Below are positions 23,944-34,061 of a stretch of 64,000 bases of DNA, in pieces. Both the position numbers and the translations under genes were made by a program. This DNA is from an uncultured Spirochaetota bacterium. GTDB taxonomy: Bacteria; Spirochaetota; Spirochaetia; SZUA-6; CAVTHK01. The notes under the pieces were generated by a model. The model made no database searches and was not told the origin of the DNA. It was given only the letters and a program-made list of their open reading frames with translations. Where the stretch lies: NCBI GenBank assembly GCA_963734495.1, contig CAVTHK010000013.1, positions 128,001 through 192,000 on the forward strand, given 5' to 3'. Position 1 is the first letter of the stretch. Each line of letters starts with the position of its first letter.

Positions 23944-23971
23944 ATCTTAGCGATCGCGTCCGCTTTGTCAA
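23944..23971 (-). promoter_or_regulatory. sigma70 promoter of lolA-rodZ
   Basis: Minus strand TTGACA-N16-TAAGAT. Confidence 0.6.
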
Positions 23972-24305
23972 GGACAAGGAGGTCCTTGCCCGGGCGCGAC
24001 AGGCGCTTTGGCCCGGCGTACTCGCGGGGATGTCGAAGCGCCGGGCTGGAACATGCGCTTTGGCCCGCGTACTCGCGGGGGAAGTTCTTGCCCGGCACAG
24101 CCACGCGCCCTGGTCCGGCGTCTGCGCCGGAGATGGCGTTAGTGCCGGGCTGGGACAAGGAGGTCCCCGAAGGCCCAAGCCCGCGATGCGGGGTTGGGTT
24201 GCCCCCGTAGGCCCACGCGTACTCGCGTGGGGTGGCGCGACAGGCGCTTTGGCCCGGCGTACTCGCCGGGGATGTCGAAGCGCCCGGGCTGGGACACGGA
24301 CAAGG
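23967..24305. repeat. GCG-TACT-CGC hairpin repeat element, copy 2, containing a ~57-bp direct repeat
   Basis: ggcgcgacaggcgctttggcccggcgtactcgc..ggggatgtcgaagcgcc..gggctgg at 23993-24049 and 24234-24292; four TACT-loop hairpins and one TCTG-loop variant. Confidence 0.85.
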
Positions 24306-24333
24306 CGGCCCGCCGGGCGCGGCGGCGACCGCG

Positions 24334-26782
24334 TCAGGCGGTGCCGTCGGTGTCACGGACGTAGCGCAGGACGAGATAGCGCAGGGCGTCGTCGTCGAGC
24401 TTGAGAGGCCCGCCGCAGGCGACGCACCGCATCCGGCCGTCGGCCACCGCCTGGGACGCGCACCCGATGCAATAGACGCGGCCGCAGGCGGTACAGCGGC
24501 CGGCCGGGCAGTCGGCCGGCGGCTCGCCGCGCAGCCGCAGGGTCGGCTGAGGCGGGACCTGCCTGGGCAGCCACCAGGAGCGGCCGCACCCGGCGCAGGA
24601 GATCTCCGTCTCCCACCCCTCCCGGATGCGCTCCCTGACCCGCAGCGCCTTCTCGTTGCCGGGCTCTTCCTCCAGCAGGGTCGCGACGATCCCGCGGGCC
24701 CGCTCCACGTCGCCGCGCTCCAGGTAGAGCCTGGCGAGGTTCACCCGCAGGTCCGCGTTGCGGGGATCAAGCTCCAACCCCGCCTTGAGCGACAGCTCCG
24801 CGCGGCCCCGCTCGCCCTGCACCAGGGCGAGATGGGCGTTGAGGTTGTACACGTCCGGCGTGGGGCTCTGCTCGGTAAGCCAGCCCAGCAGCTCCTCCGC
24901 CCTGAGGACCATGTCCGTTTCGATGCAGACCGCGGCCAGGTTCCTGGCGATCTCGATGTTCGTGGCGTCAGCTTCGAGCGCTTTCTCGTAGTCCGCCAGA
25001 GCCGTGTCGAAATCGCGCGCAAGGACGGCCAGGTTGCCGCGCTGGTTGAGCAGCCGCGGGTCGTCAGGATGCCCTTCGAGGGCCTCCGCGAGCACGCGCT
25101 TCGCTTCGTCGAGCGACCCGCCGCGTGAGAGCGCCTCGGCGAGGTTCGCCGAGATGTCGGGCTCCGCGGGCAGGGACCGCAGGGCGGCGCGGAACGTCGC
25201 CTCGGCCTCGGCGACGCGCCCGCCGGCCAGCAGGAGCTGGCCCTGCAGGTTGTTGATCCAGGGGTCGTCGGGAGCCAGCGAGCGGGCCTCCGCGAGAGGG
25301 CCGCTGCAATCCTCGCCGAGAAGGTGGAGCGTCTCGGCGAGGCGGAAGCGGTACAGCGCGCTCGCCGGCTCCAGCTCGACCGCGCGCCGCAGCGGGGCGA
25401 GGGCCTCGCGCCGGGCGCCCCGGTCGATCAGCGCCATGCCGTAGAGGTAGCTCACGCCGCTGTCCTCGTACCCTTCGGCCGCGAGCTCCCTCAGCAGAGC
25501 CTCGGCCTCGCGCTTGCGGCCTTCGTGATAGTGCGCCTTGGCCTCCAGCGCGCGGGCCTCGGCGTCGGCTGGTTCGATGCGTCGGATCCTCGCCAGGACG
25601 GCGGAGAGGTCGTCGTACGCCTCCTGGCGGAAGAGCTCCCTCGCCGCCTCCCGGAAGAGGACCACCGCCTCCCGGTCGCGCCCGCGGGCGATGAGGGCGC
25701 GGCCTGCGTTCACGCGGTACAGCGGCATGTCAGGCTCGAGCTCGATCGCCTTGAAGTAGGCGGCCTCCGCGTCGTCGAAGCGGCCCAGCGCATGGCTCAC
25801 GTTGCCGGCAAGGTTCGCCATCGGCGAGCTCGCCGGGAAGCGCGGCAGGATCTGATGGAGGTGGGCGTCGGCCTCGGTCAGTCGGTTCAGGAGATAGAGG
25901 AGGTTCGCCTTCTCCTGAAGCGCCCCCTCGTGGCCTGGTTCCGCCTCCAGCGTCTTCTCGACGGCATCCAGGGCGTCGGCGTGCAGGCGCAGGCGCATCA
26001 GGCACTCGGCGAGGAGGAAGAGCTCCTCGGCCTTTCCGCGTCTCCCCCGCAGCGACCGGCGAAGCTGCACGACGGCCGCGGCGAACTGCTCCTGCCCGGC
26101 GAACGCCTGCGCAAGGGCGAGCCGATACTCGGGGTCGGCAGGCACGCGCTCCACCCACCTGAAGTACGCCTTCTCGACTTCCAGGGGTCTCGCCTCGAGC
26201 ACGAGGCTGTCCAGAGCAAAGAGCGCCCGGGGCTCTTCGTCGTAGTTCTGCGCGGCGAACCCGAATCGGCCGGCCCGGATGGTGTCGTCCTCGACCTCTC
26301 CGATCCAGTCGTCGTCGATGTAGAACGAGAAGTGGGCGCCGCGAGCGATCACCCGCAGCGGGTTGCCGGCAGCCGCGATCAGCGGATTCGCCACCCAGCC
26401 GATCAGCGGCGTCGGGTTCCCGTTGAAGACCAGGTCGAAGCGGAAGAAGCCGCGGTTGGAGACGAGAAAATAGTAGAAGTTCGAGTCATCGACGCAGCGC
26501 AGCACGAAACCGAGCGCCGAGTGACCGTGTCGCGGGATCGAACGAGGCGCGCGCCTCGATCAGCGAAATCGTCGAAGCGGAAGAGGCTGTTCGTGGTCCA
26601 TGCGAACAGGTTCTCGCGCTCGAGCAGCAGCGAGAAGCGGCCCCGCCCCGCCCGCGCGGTGTAGTCGGGCGTCTCCTGCTCCTCGAGGCGGCGCCGGTCG
26701 AGCCAGCGGAACGAGGTCCGCCAGTGCTCGCGGCCTATGGCCTGCGGGGTCGATGCGTCTTTCGAAACCACGGGAACAGCAT
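24334..26782 (-). CDS. TPR protein with N-terminal DUF1080/lectin-like beta-sandwich and C-terminal 4xCxxC zinc finger (N-terminal frameshifts)
   Basis: YYFLVSNRGFFRF..LRVIARGAHFSFYIDD..GRFGFAA; many TPR helices; CAGC, CTAC, CIGC, CVAC. Confidence 0.8.
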
Positions 26783-27026
26783 GGGTGATCCGTAAACAGC
26801 CTGTCGGGCTCTCGCGCCGTCCGCACCGACCGCTTCGGCCGGCGCGGAGCGCCCGGCGTTCACGCCCGGGCCGAGACACACGGCGCTGCGGTCCGAACTG
26901 ACGCAGACGCGCGCGCGCCGACGCGGCGCGGGGCGCATTATAGCGGAGCCGCCGTGCGCGCGTCCACGCCGCAAGTCGATCCGCGGCGGGCGCCGCGCCG
27001 GCGGGGCTCGCCCGAGACGGCCGGCC

Positions 27027-28539
27027 TCACGGCGCCGGCTTGGTCTCGCTCTCCTTGTCGATGACGTCGTGGGCGCCGCCCTCGCGAAGGCTGGTGGCGG
27101 AGATCACGGTGAGGCGGGCCTTTTTCTGGAGCTCCGCGATCGTGAGGGCGCCGCAGTTGCACATCGTCGAGCGGATCTTGCGCAGCGTGAGCTCGACGTT
27201 GTCCTTGAGCTTGCCCGCGTACGGGATGTAGACGTCGACGCCCTCCTCGAACGCGAGGCGGCCCTCCGTCTCGTCGCCCTCGTCGTAGCGCTGCCAGTTG
27301 CGGGCGCGGTTCGAGCCTTCGCCCCAGTACTCCTTTACGAATCCGCCCTGCACGCGCAGCCTGCGTCCCGGCGCCTCGTCGAATCGCGCGAAGTAGCGGC
27401 CCATCATCACGAAGTCGGCGCCCATCGCCAGCGCCAGCGCGATGTGGTAGTCCAGCACGATGCCGCCGTCGGAGCAGATCGGGACATACCAGCCGGTCTC
27501 CCGGAGGTAGGCGTCGCGCTCGCGAGCCACTTCGATGACCGCCGAGGCCTGGCCGCGGCCGATTCCCTTCTGCTCGCGTGTGATGCAGATCGAGCCGCCC
27601 GCCGATGCCGACCTTGACGAAGTCCGCGCCCGCCTCGACGAGGTAGCGGAAGCCCTCGCCGTCCACGACGTTGCCGGCGCCGACCGGGAGGCCGAACTTC
27701 TCCTTGACGAACCGGATCGTCTCCGCCTGCCACTCGGAGTAGCCGTCCGAGGAGTCGATGCACAGGACGTCGACGCCCGCCTCGACCAGCGCGGGCACCC
27801 GGTCGCGGTAGTCGTGCGTGTTGATCCCGGCGCCGACGAGCAGGCGCTTTTCGGCGTCGACCAGCTCGTTCGGGTTCTGCCTTGTGCGTATCGTAGTCCT
27901 GGCGGAACACGAGGTAGCACAGGCGCTGGTGCTGGTCGATGATCGGAAGCGTGTTGAGCTTGTGCTTCCAGATGAGATCGTTGGCCTCGCTCAAGCTGAT
28001 GCCCTCGTTGCCGCAGACGAGGCGTTCGAACGGCGTCATGAGCTCGGACACCGGGCGTGTCGAGGCTCATCTTGTCGGCGCGGTAGTCGCGTCCCGTGAG
28101 GATCCCGAGGAGACGGCCGGTCGGCGTTCCGTCCTTCGTGACGGCCATGGTGGTGTGGCTCGTCCTTCGGGCGAGCGCGAGCACGTCGCGCAGGGTGTCT
28201 TCGGGCCTGATGTTGGAGTCGCTGCGCACGAAGCCGGCCTTGAAGCTCTTGACGCGCTGCACCATGTCCGCCTGCGCCTCGATGGGCTGCGACTGGTAGA
28301 TGAACGCGAGGCCGCCGCAGCGGGCCAGCGCGATGCGCCAGGCTGTGGTCCGAGACCGCCTGCATGATCGCCGAGGTCAGGGGCACGTTCAGGTGCAGCC
28401 GGGGTGACTCTCCCTGGCGGAACCTCGCGAGCGGAGTCGCGAGCGCGACGTTCTCCGGCAGGCAGACCTTGGTGGTCAGGTTCGGGAGCAGCAGGTACTC
28501 GCTGAACGTCCTCGACACTTCCGGTGTGTACGTGGCCAT
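27027..28539 (-). CDS. guaB: IMP dehydrogenase (frameshifted)
   Basis: [11 protein letters not shown] pair, [19 protein letters not shown] catalytic Cys, CSDGGI, YWGEGS, EEGV, EGGAHDV; GGAGG RBS. Confidence 0.95.
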
Positions 28540-28639
28540 GTCACCCTCCTCCGGTCTTCGCCCGCGCGCGCTTGACGGGGGCGCCCGAGGCGCGCGGCTG
28601 CGCCCGCGCCCGCCGGCGCCCGTGGCGCGCCCGAGGCCC

Positions 28640-29788
28640 CCGACGCGCCGCGCAGGCTCGCGTATTTGCGCCGGATGCGCTCGAGGCTGCTCGCCACCAG
28701 CGCCTCCGCCTCGTCCACCTTGTAGCGGTCCGACGGCACCCACTGCCGCGTCCTCAGGCGATAGGGCCGCAGCCCTGCCCGCATCTCGTCCAGCGTGCAG
28801 AACAGCGAGTCGGGCTCCGGCCTGCCGACCCATGCCTCGCCGAGGTTGCGCTCCAGCGCCGCGAACCAGTGCACGTACTGCTCGATGCGATCCTCGTCGA
28901 AGTAGCCGACGGGCCCGAGCAGCTCGAGCAGCCGCTGCAGCTTCTCGCTGCGCAGGTAGCGGTGGTAGTGGGCGACGTACAGGCTCTCGGAGACGAAGAG
29001 CGGGCTCCCCCGGACCGACAGGCCCTTGCGCCGGACCGTGGAGCCGGTCTGCACGATCTCGATGCCCACGCCCTGGCCGGCGCCGAGCACCTCGTCCTCG
29101 ACGTTCGCGCAGGGCACCGTGTTCATCCCCGGGAAACAGCTTGCGGACGAGCTCGTCGTAGCGGCCCTTGACGAAGACCGGCATCCGGTGCCTGGCGAGC
29201 CACCGGAAGTCCAGGTCCGCGCGCTGGAGGCCCGGCCCCGAGATGAGAAAGAAGCCGACAAAGTCGCTGATCTCGCGGCCCGCCTGCGCGTCGTGCGCCG
29301 ACAGCCCGGCCGAGCCGGCGATGCGCAGGTCGGTGTCGCCGACGAGGTTGTAGTTGTAGAGGCCCCACTTCGTCACGCGGCTCGGGTCGCGGAGGAACGG
29401 CTGGCACATGGCCAGCAGCTCGTCCAGCCCGACCACGGCAAAGTCGGCCTCGTCGAGCCTGATCAGCGACGAGCCGTTGTGAGGCTCGTCGCCTTCGAGC
29501 CGCAGGCGGATGCCCTGAACGTCGATGTCCATGCCGACGAACCCGATGCGATAGGGACGGTCCGGCCTCTTGCGGTCGGGCGCGATTCCCGACGTACGGG
29601 CAGTCCGCGGCAGCGAGCGCGCGGCTCGCCTCCGCGGGGTCCGCCGATGCCAGATCGCGAGCGCCGGCCACGACCTCCAGGACGCGCTCGATCCCGCGCG
29701 GATCCGTCGCCACTCGCGCGAAGCGCCGCAGGACGCGGACGAACGAGCGCCCCCAGCGCGGGATCACGCACGCGACGTCATGCGCCAC
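28640..29788 (-). CDS. divergent ATP-phosphoribosyltransferase (HisG)-fold protein with unusual C-terminal domain (frameshifts near 29587 and 29130; 3' end uncertain)
   Basis: VIPRWGR resembles HisG (P/Q)KxGR; LIRLDEADFAVVGLDEL resembles GxxDLGIxGxDxL; GRYDELVRKLF resembles TKYPxLxxxYF; NVE..GAG..IEIVQTGSTVRRKGL resembles SVE..D(I/L)VxTGxTLxxNGL; AGGAGG RBS, start overlaps upstream gene end. Confidence 0.7.
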
Positions 29789-30368
29789 CGAGCGCCTCCT
29801 TGAGGTACGGCCGCGTCGCCATCTCGGCGAGGTCGAGCTCGGCGAAGAGATCAAGGGGAAGGCCGGCGTCCGAGAGGACACGCCCGAGCAGGCCGAACAC
29901 GTTCTCCGCGATGGGCTCCGAAGCCGCGGAATGCGCCTGCTCCCCGACGGAAACCGCGCGCGCGCCCGCTTTCGCGCCGCTGCGCAGCGCGGCCTCCAGG
30001 TCGCCCGCGTCCGGCACCCGACCCGCCGCGAGCTCGCTCACGATCCACCAGTAGGAGACCTGGCTCGCTTCGAGCAGCAGGTCGGCCAGCCGGACCTCGA
30101 GCCCGCGCTCCGCGAGCAGGCCTCGGGCCAGGCCGCTCTTGTCCGCAAGGTGAGAGTGGGTGCCGCCGAGCACGGCGACCAGCTCGCCGATTTCGTCGCG
30201 CAGCCGGGCCAGCGGGAGCGACGCGTCCGAGGAGCGGATCAATGCAGCCGTGCGTGATTTCTCTGTCGGGACCGAACGAGATAGAGCCTGGTATGCTGAC
30301 ACGAGGCGCTGAAGGGCCGCCATCGGAAAGGAATCTGCAGCGGGGGACGATGCGAGCTCGGCACCCAT
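29778..30368 (-). CDS. HisE/MazG-like all-alpha NTP pyrophosphatase-fold protein, divergent
   Basis: PTEKSRTAALI resembles PEGSYTAKLL; LRDEIGELV resembles VGEEAxE; LLLEASQVSYWWIV resembles LIYEAADLLYHLLV; AGLPLD resembles GISLED. Confidence 0.6.
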   Translation of the reverse strand: MGAELASSPAADSFPMAALQRLVSAYQALSRSVPTEKSRTAALIRSSDASLPLARLRDEIGELVAVLGGTHSHLADKSGLARGLLAERGLEVRLADLLLEASQVSYWWIVSELAAGRVPDAGDLEAALRSGAKAGARAVSVGEQAHSAASEPIAENVFGLLGRVLSDAGLPLDLFAELDLAEMATRPYLKEALGGA

Positions 30369-30373
30369 AGAAG

Positions 30374-30403
30374 CGAATACCACGGGAGCACGGAGTCAGT
30401 CAA
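30374..30403 (-). promoter_or_regulatory. putative promoter of the hisE-like/hisG-like/guaB unit
   Basis: Minus strand TTGACT-N18-TATTCG with extended TG, 5 nt before the ATG at 30368. Confidence 0.45.
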
Positions 30404-30484
30404 GACAACCACGGCCCCCCGGCCCCCCAAAGGCACCCGCGCCGTGGACAAACGCCCGACGCGGCGATACCCTCGGGCAACCTT

Positions 30485-31340
30485 ATGAGCACCGTCGCCG
30501 TGCCCGCCGCGCTGCTCTGGCTCGTGCCCTTTGCCGCGGGGCTGATCGCCCTGCTCATGCTCGTGGCCTTCCGGCGGCGGCAGGCGGAGCTCCGCCTGCC
30601 GTCGGACCTCGTCGCGCGGATCGCGGAGATCGACACGCTCGCCCGCAACCTGAACGATCTGTCGCGGACGCTGCTCCTGCCCCAGAGCCGCGGCGCGCTC
30701 GGCGAGACCATGCTCGCCGCGGTCCTCTCGAACTGGCTGCCGCGCCGCTCCTTCGAGCTGCAGCATGCCTTTCGCGACGGCGGCCGGGTCGACGCCGTCG
30801 TGCGCCTGGCCGACCGCCTGGTCCCGATCGACTCCAAGTTCCCGCTCGAGGCGCTCCGCGAAGAGCTCCTCGGCCCGCAGGCGCAATCGCCGGATCTCGC
30901 CCGAAGCGCGCCGCGCGATCTCCCGCACGATCGCCGACATCGCCGCCCGCTACATCCGGCCGGCCGAAGGCACCTACGACTTCGCCCTGATGTACGTGGC
31001 GTCCGAGGCGGTCTTCTACCACGCGTTCGTGGCGGCAGACGGCGCGGACGAGCTCGCGCGCGCCGCGCTTTCCGCGCGCGTCATCCCCGTGAGCCCTTCG
31101 AGCCTCTTCCTCTATCTTCAGACCGTCGCGCACGGATTGCGCGGGTTTCTTCTCTCCGCGGACCAGAGGCGCCTCGCGGTGCTGCTCGAGGAGCTGCAGC
31201 GCGACCTGACGGCCCTGGCGCGCGCCCACGCGACGCTCGGCGGCCACCTCCGCAACGCCGCCCGCTCCTACGAGGAGAGCCTCGCCCCGTTAGGCGGCCT
31301 CGACCGGGCGGTGAGCCGGATCACGCGGCCGGAGGACTGA
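30485..31340 (+). CDS. rmuC: DNA recombination protein RmuC family (frameshift near 30885)
   Basis: RGALGETML, RVDAVVRL..VPIDSKFP, RYIRP..TYDFALMYV..EAV, VSPS. Confidence 0.85.
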
Positions 31341-31362
31341 GTGCGGCGCGCCCCGCGGCGCC

Positions 31363-32370
31363 CTAACGGCCGGCCGCGATGCGGTCCAGGGACGCGAGCA
31401 GGGGCAGGTGGTCGGAGTAGCGCCACACGAGCGCCCGGTCCTTGAGCGGGAATCCGGTGCGCGGGTCCAGCATGAACGAGTGGCGGACCGCGGCGAACGA
31501 CCCCTTCCTGTACGCGAGCCCCGCCCGGTCGAAGAGCCCCGCGGACAGCAGCAGGTGATCCGGTGTCTGCCACGCGCCCCGGTAGACGGCGCTTCCCCGC
31601 GCGGACGGCGGGAGCTCGTTCCAGGCGTCGTACAGCGACACGCGGCCGCCGTCGACGCCGGCCCGCGCGGGCGCATCCACGCCGACCAGCGGCCGCTCGC
31701 GCGCCGCTGCAGCCAGCTCCTCCACGCTCTCGTTCAGGTCCCCGGCCACCACCACGTCGCGGCCGGGCTTGTCCGCCAGCAGGCCGCGCACCCGGCGCGC
31801 CACGGCCCGGGCCGCGGCGTCGCGGCCGGGCTGCGTGATGCCTTGACCTTCCATCCTTGATTTCCAGTGAACGACGAGCAGGACGAGGGGCGCGCCATGG
31901 CAGTCGACCTCGACCTCGAGAGCCGGCCGGAGCTTCTCGCCCGCCCACTCGCCGCAGTCGAGCGTTCCCGCACGGAGTATCGGCAGCCGGCTCGCCACGC
32001 CGCAGCGCACGCCGCCCGCGTCGGCGGAGACCGCGCGCCAGCGGTAGCCGGCCAGGTGTCGATCGCATAACGCGTCGAGCACCGACCCGTTCTCCAGCTC
32101 CTGCAGCGCCACGATGTCGGGCCCGCCCGGACACGCGCGGCGGATCACCGTGGCGACGGCTGCGAGCTTCCGCTCGTAGAGCGCGGCGTTCCAGCGGCCC
32201 CGGCCCGGGTCGTACTCGCGGTACTCGTTGCCCGCGTCCTCGGCATCGAAAAGGTTGAAGGTATTCCAGGTGAGAAGCGTCACCGGCCGGACGCCCGCCG
32301 AGGACAGCGGGCCATGGCACCCGGCGCAGGCGAGCGCGAGAGCGGCGGCTGCCGGGACTCCGGCCTTCAC
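31363..32370 (-). CDS. endonuclease/exonuclease/phosphatase family lipoprotein
   Basis: CAGC lipobox-like; TWNTFNLFD, LQELEN, VHWKS, GDLN, DH, SDHLP. Confidence 0.88.
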   Translation of the reverse strand: MKAGVPAAAALALACAGCHGPLSSAGVRPVTLLTWNTFNLFDAEDAGNEYREYDPGRGRWNAALYERKLAAVATVIRRACPGGPDIVALQELENGSVLDALCDRHLAGYRWRAVSADAGGVRCGVASRLPILRAGTLDCGEWAGEKLRPALEVEVDCHGAPLVLLVVHWKSRMEGQGITQPGRDAAARAVARRVRGLLADKPGRDVVVAGDLNESVEELAAAARERPLVGVDAPARAGVDGGRVSLYDAWNELPPSARGSAVYRGAWQTPDHLLLSAGLFDRAGLAYRKGSFAAVRHSFMLDPRTGFPLKDRALVWRYSDHLPLLASLDRIAAGR

Positions 32371-33326
32371 CGCCGGCGGGCGAGCCACGCGCGCAGCGCT
32401 GCGGCCTCTTCGTCCACCGATCCCGCCGCGGGAACGAAGCGTTCGCCGGTGACGGCCTCGAACGCCTCGACGTACCGGTACGCGGTCTCGACGCGCACCT
32501 CGTCGGGGATCGCCGGCGGCTCGCCCGTGCCCATGAACCCGCGCTCCATCAGCCAGCGCCTCAGGTACTCCTTGTCGAGCTGCCGCTGCGGCTCCCCGCG
32601 GCTGAAGCGCGCGTCGTAGTCCGCCGCGTACCAGAAACGGCTCGAGTCGGGGGTGTGCACCTCGTCTATCAACAGGAGCGCGTCGCCGTCGACGCCGAAC
32701 TCGTACTTCGTGTCGACCAGGATGAGGCCGCGCGAGGCGAGCAGCTTCGACCCCCGCTCGAAGAGCGCGAGCGCCGCTTCCTCGACGCGGCGCCAGAGCG
32801 GCTCGGGCACCCGGCCCTCGGCGATGATCTCGGCGCGCGAGATCGGCCGGTCGTGCGCGCCCTGCTCCTCCTTGGTCGAAGGCGTCAGGATCGGCCGCTC
32901 GAAGCGCTGGTTCTCGCGCATCCCGGCCGGGAGGCGTATGCCGGAGACGGAGCCCGAGCCCTCGTAGTCGCGCCACGCGCTGCCGGTGAGGTAGCCGCGG
33001 ACGACCACCTCGATCGGGATGACGCGGCACTTGCGCGCGAGCATCGAGCGCGGGGACGGACGGCCCGCGACGTGGTTGGGGATGATGTCGCGGGTCTGGT
33101 CGAACCAGAACAGCGAGATGCGGTTGAGCACCTCGCCCTTGCACGGGAGCGTCGTGAGCACCCGGTCGAAGGCCGACACGCGGTCGCTCACGAGGATGAG
33201 CAGCCCGTCGCCGAGGTCCCAGATGTCGCGGACCTTGCCGCGCCTGTGCCCGGCGCCCTGCACGAGCCCGGGGTCGGGCGTGTGCAGGGTGCGGCCGAGG
33301 TGGCGGGCGAGCTCCGCGCGCTCCAT
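32367..33326 (-). CDS. purC: SAICAR synthase
   Basis: GKVRDIW, SDRVSAFD, EVVVRGYLTGS, DTKYEFG, DEVHTPDSSRFW. Confidence 0.96.
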   Translation of the reverse strand: MERAELARHLGRTLHTPDPGLVQGAGHRRGKVRDIWDLGDGLLILVSDRVSAFDRVLTTLPCKGEVLNRISLFWFDQTRDIIPNHVAGRPSPRSMLARKCRVIPIEVVVRGYLTGSAWRDYEGSGSVSGIRLPAGMRENQRFERPILTPSTKEEQGAHDRPISRAEIIAEGRVPEPLWRRVEEAALALFERGSKLLASRGLILVDTKYEFGVDGDALLLIDEVHTPDSSRFWYAADYDARFSRGEPQRQLDKEYLRRWLMERGFMGTGEPPAIPDEVRVETAYRYVEAFEAVTGERFVPAAGSVDEEAAALRAWLARRR

Positions 33327-33327
33327 G

Positions 33328-33936
33328 CTACAGCTCCGCGCCCTGTTTGATGACGCGCGAGAGCAGGCCGTACTGCGTCGCCTCCTCGGCGTTCATCCAG
33401 TAGTCGCGGTCGGTGTCCTTGGCCACCTTGTCGAGCTTCTGCCCCGTCTGGTCGGCGATGAGCCGGTTGATCTTGTCGCGCAGCTTTTCGAGCTCGCGCG
33501 CATGGATCTCGATGTCCGTGGCGACGCCCCTCATTCCGCTCAGCGGCTGGTGGATCAGGTAGTGCGAGTTCGGGAGCCCCACGCGATCCTCCCTGGGCGC
33601 GGCGAGCAGCACGATGGCGGCGGCCGACGCGACGAGCCCCATCCCGATCACGATCACCCTGGGCTTGATAAAGCGCACCATGTCGAAGATCGCGAACCCC
33701 GCATCCGCGTCCCCTCCGGGGGAGTCGACGAAAATCTTGATCGGGTCGCCGCCCGCGTCCTCGAGCAGGATGAGCTGCCTCACGATGCGCTCCGCGAGAG
33801 GCTTGTTGATCTCGCCGGACAGCAGGACCGTCCGGGTCTTGAGGGCCCTCTGAATGAGAAAATCAGGAGACCGTTCCTCGTGCTTTTCTTCCTGTTCCTC
33901 GGGCTCCTGGAACCGGCCCAGATACAGTGGTTTCAT
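33328..33936 (-). CDS. clpP: ATP-dependent Clp protease proteolytic subunit
   Basis: DSPGG, GLVASAA (Ser), IHQP (His), DRDYWM (Asp). Confidence 0.95.
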   Translation of the reverse strand: MKPLYLGRFQEPEEQEEKHEERSPDFLIQRALKTRTVLLSGEINKPLAERIVRQLILLEDAGGDPIKIFVDSPGGDADAGFAIFDMVRFIKPRVIVIGMGLVASAAAIVLLAAPREDRVGLPNSHYLIHQPLSGMRGVATDIEIHARELEKLRDKINRLIADQTGQKLDKVAKDTDRDYWMNAEEATQYGLLSRVIKQGAEL

Positions 33937-34061
33937 GCGGCCAATATACCGAGACCCGCTGGTGAATGCAACGCGCGGAGCGCCCGCCGCGAGTCGCCGG
34001 CTGCGCCGGCCCGCGCAGCCGGGTTCCTCGAGTGCGGCCGCTGCGTATATAATGAGGCGCA

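Noticed and set aside
23967-24305. CRISPR array, or coding N-terminal extensions of the lolA/rodZ ORFs (likewise eno at 13496-13753)
   Set aside because: Spacing is irregular and the units are mosaic. The ORF extensions are read-through of repeat DNA (recurring REYAG), and promoters lie close to the true starts.
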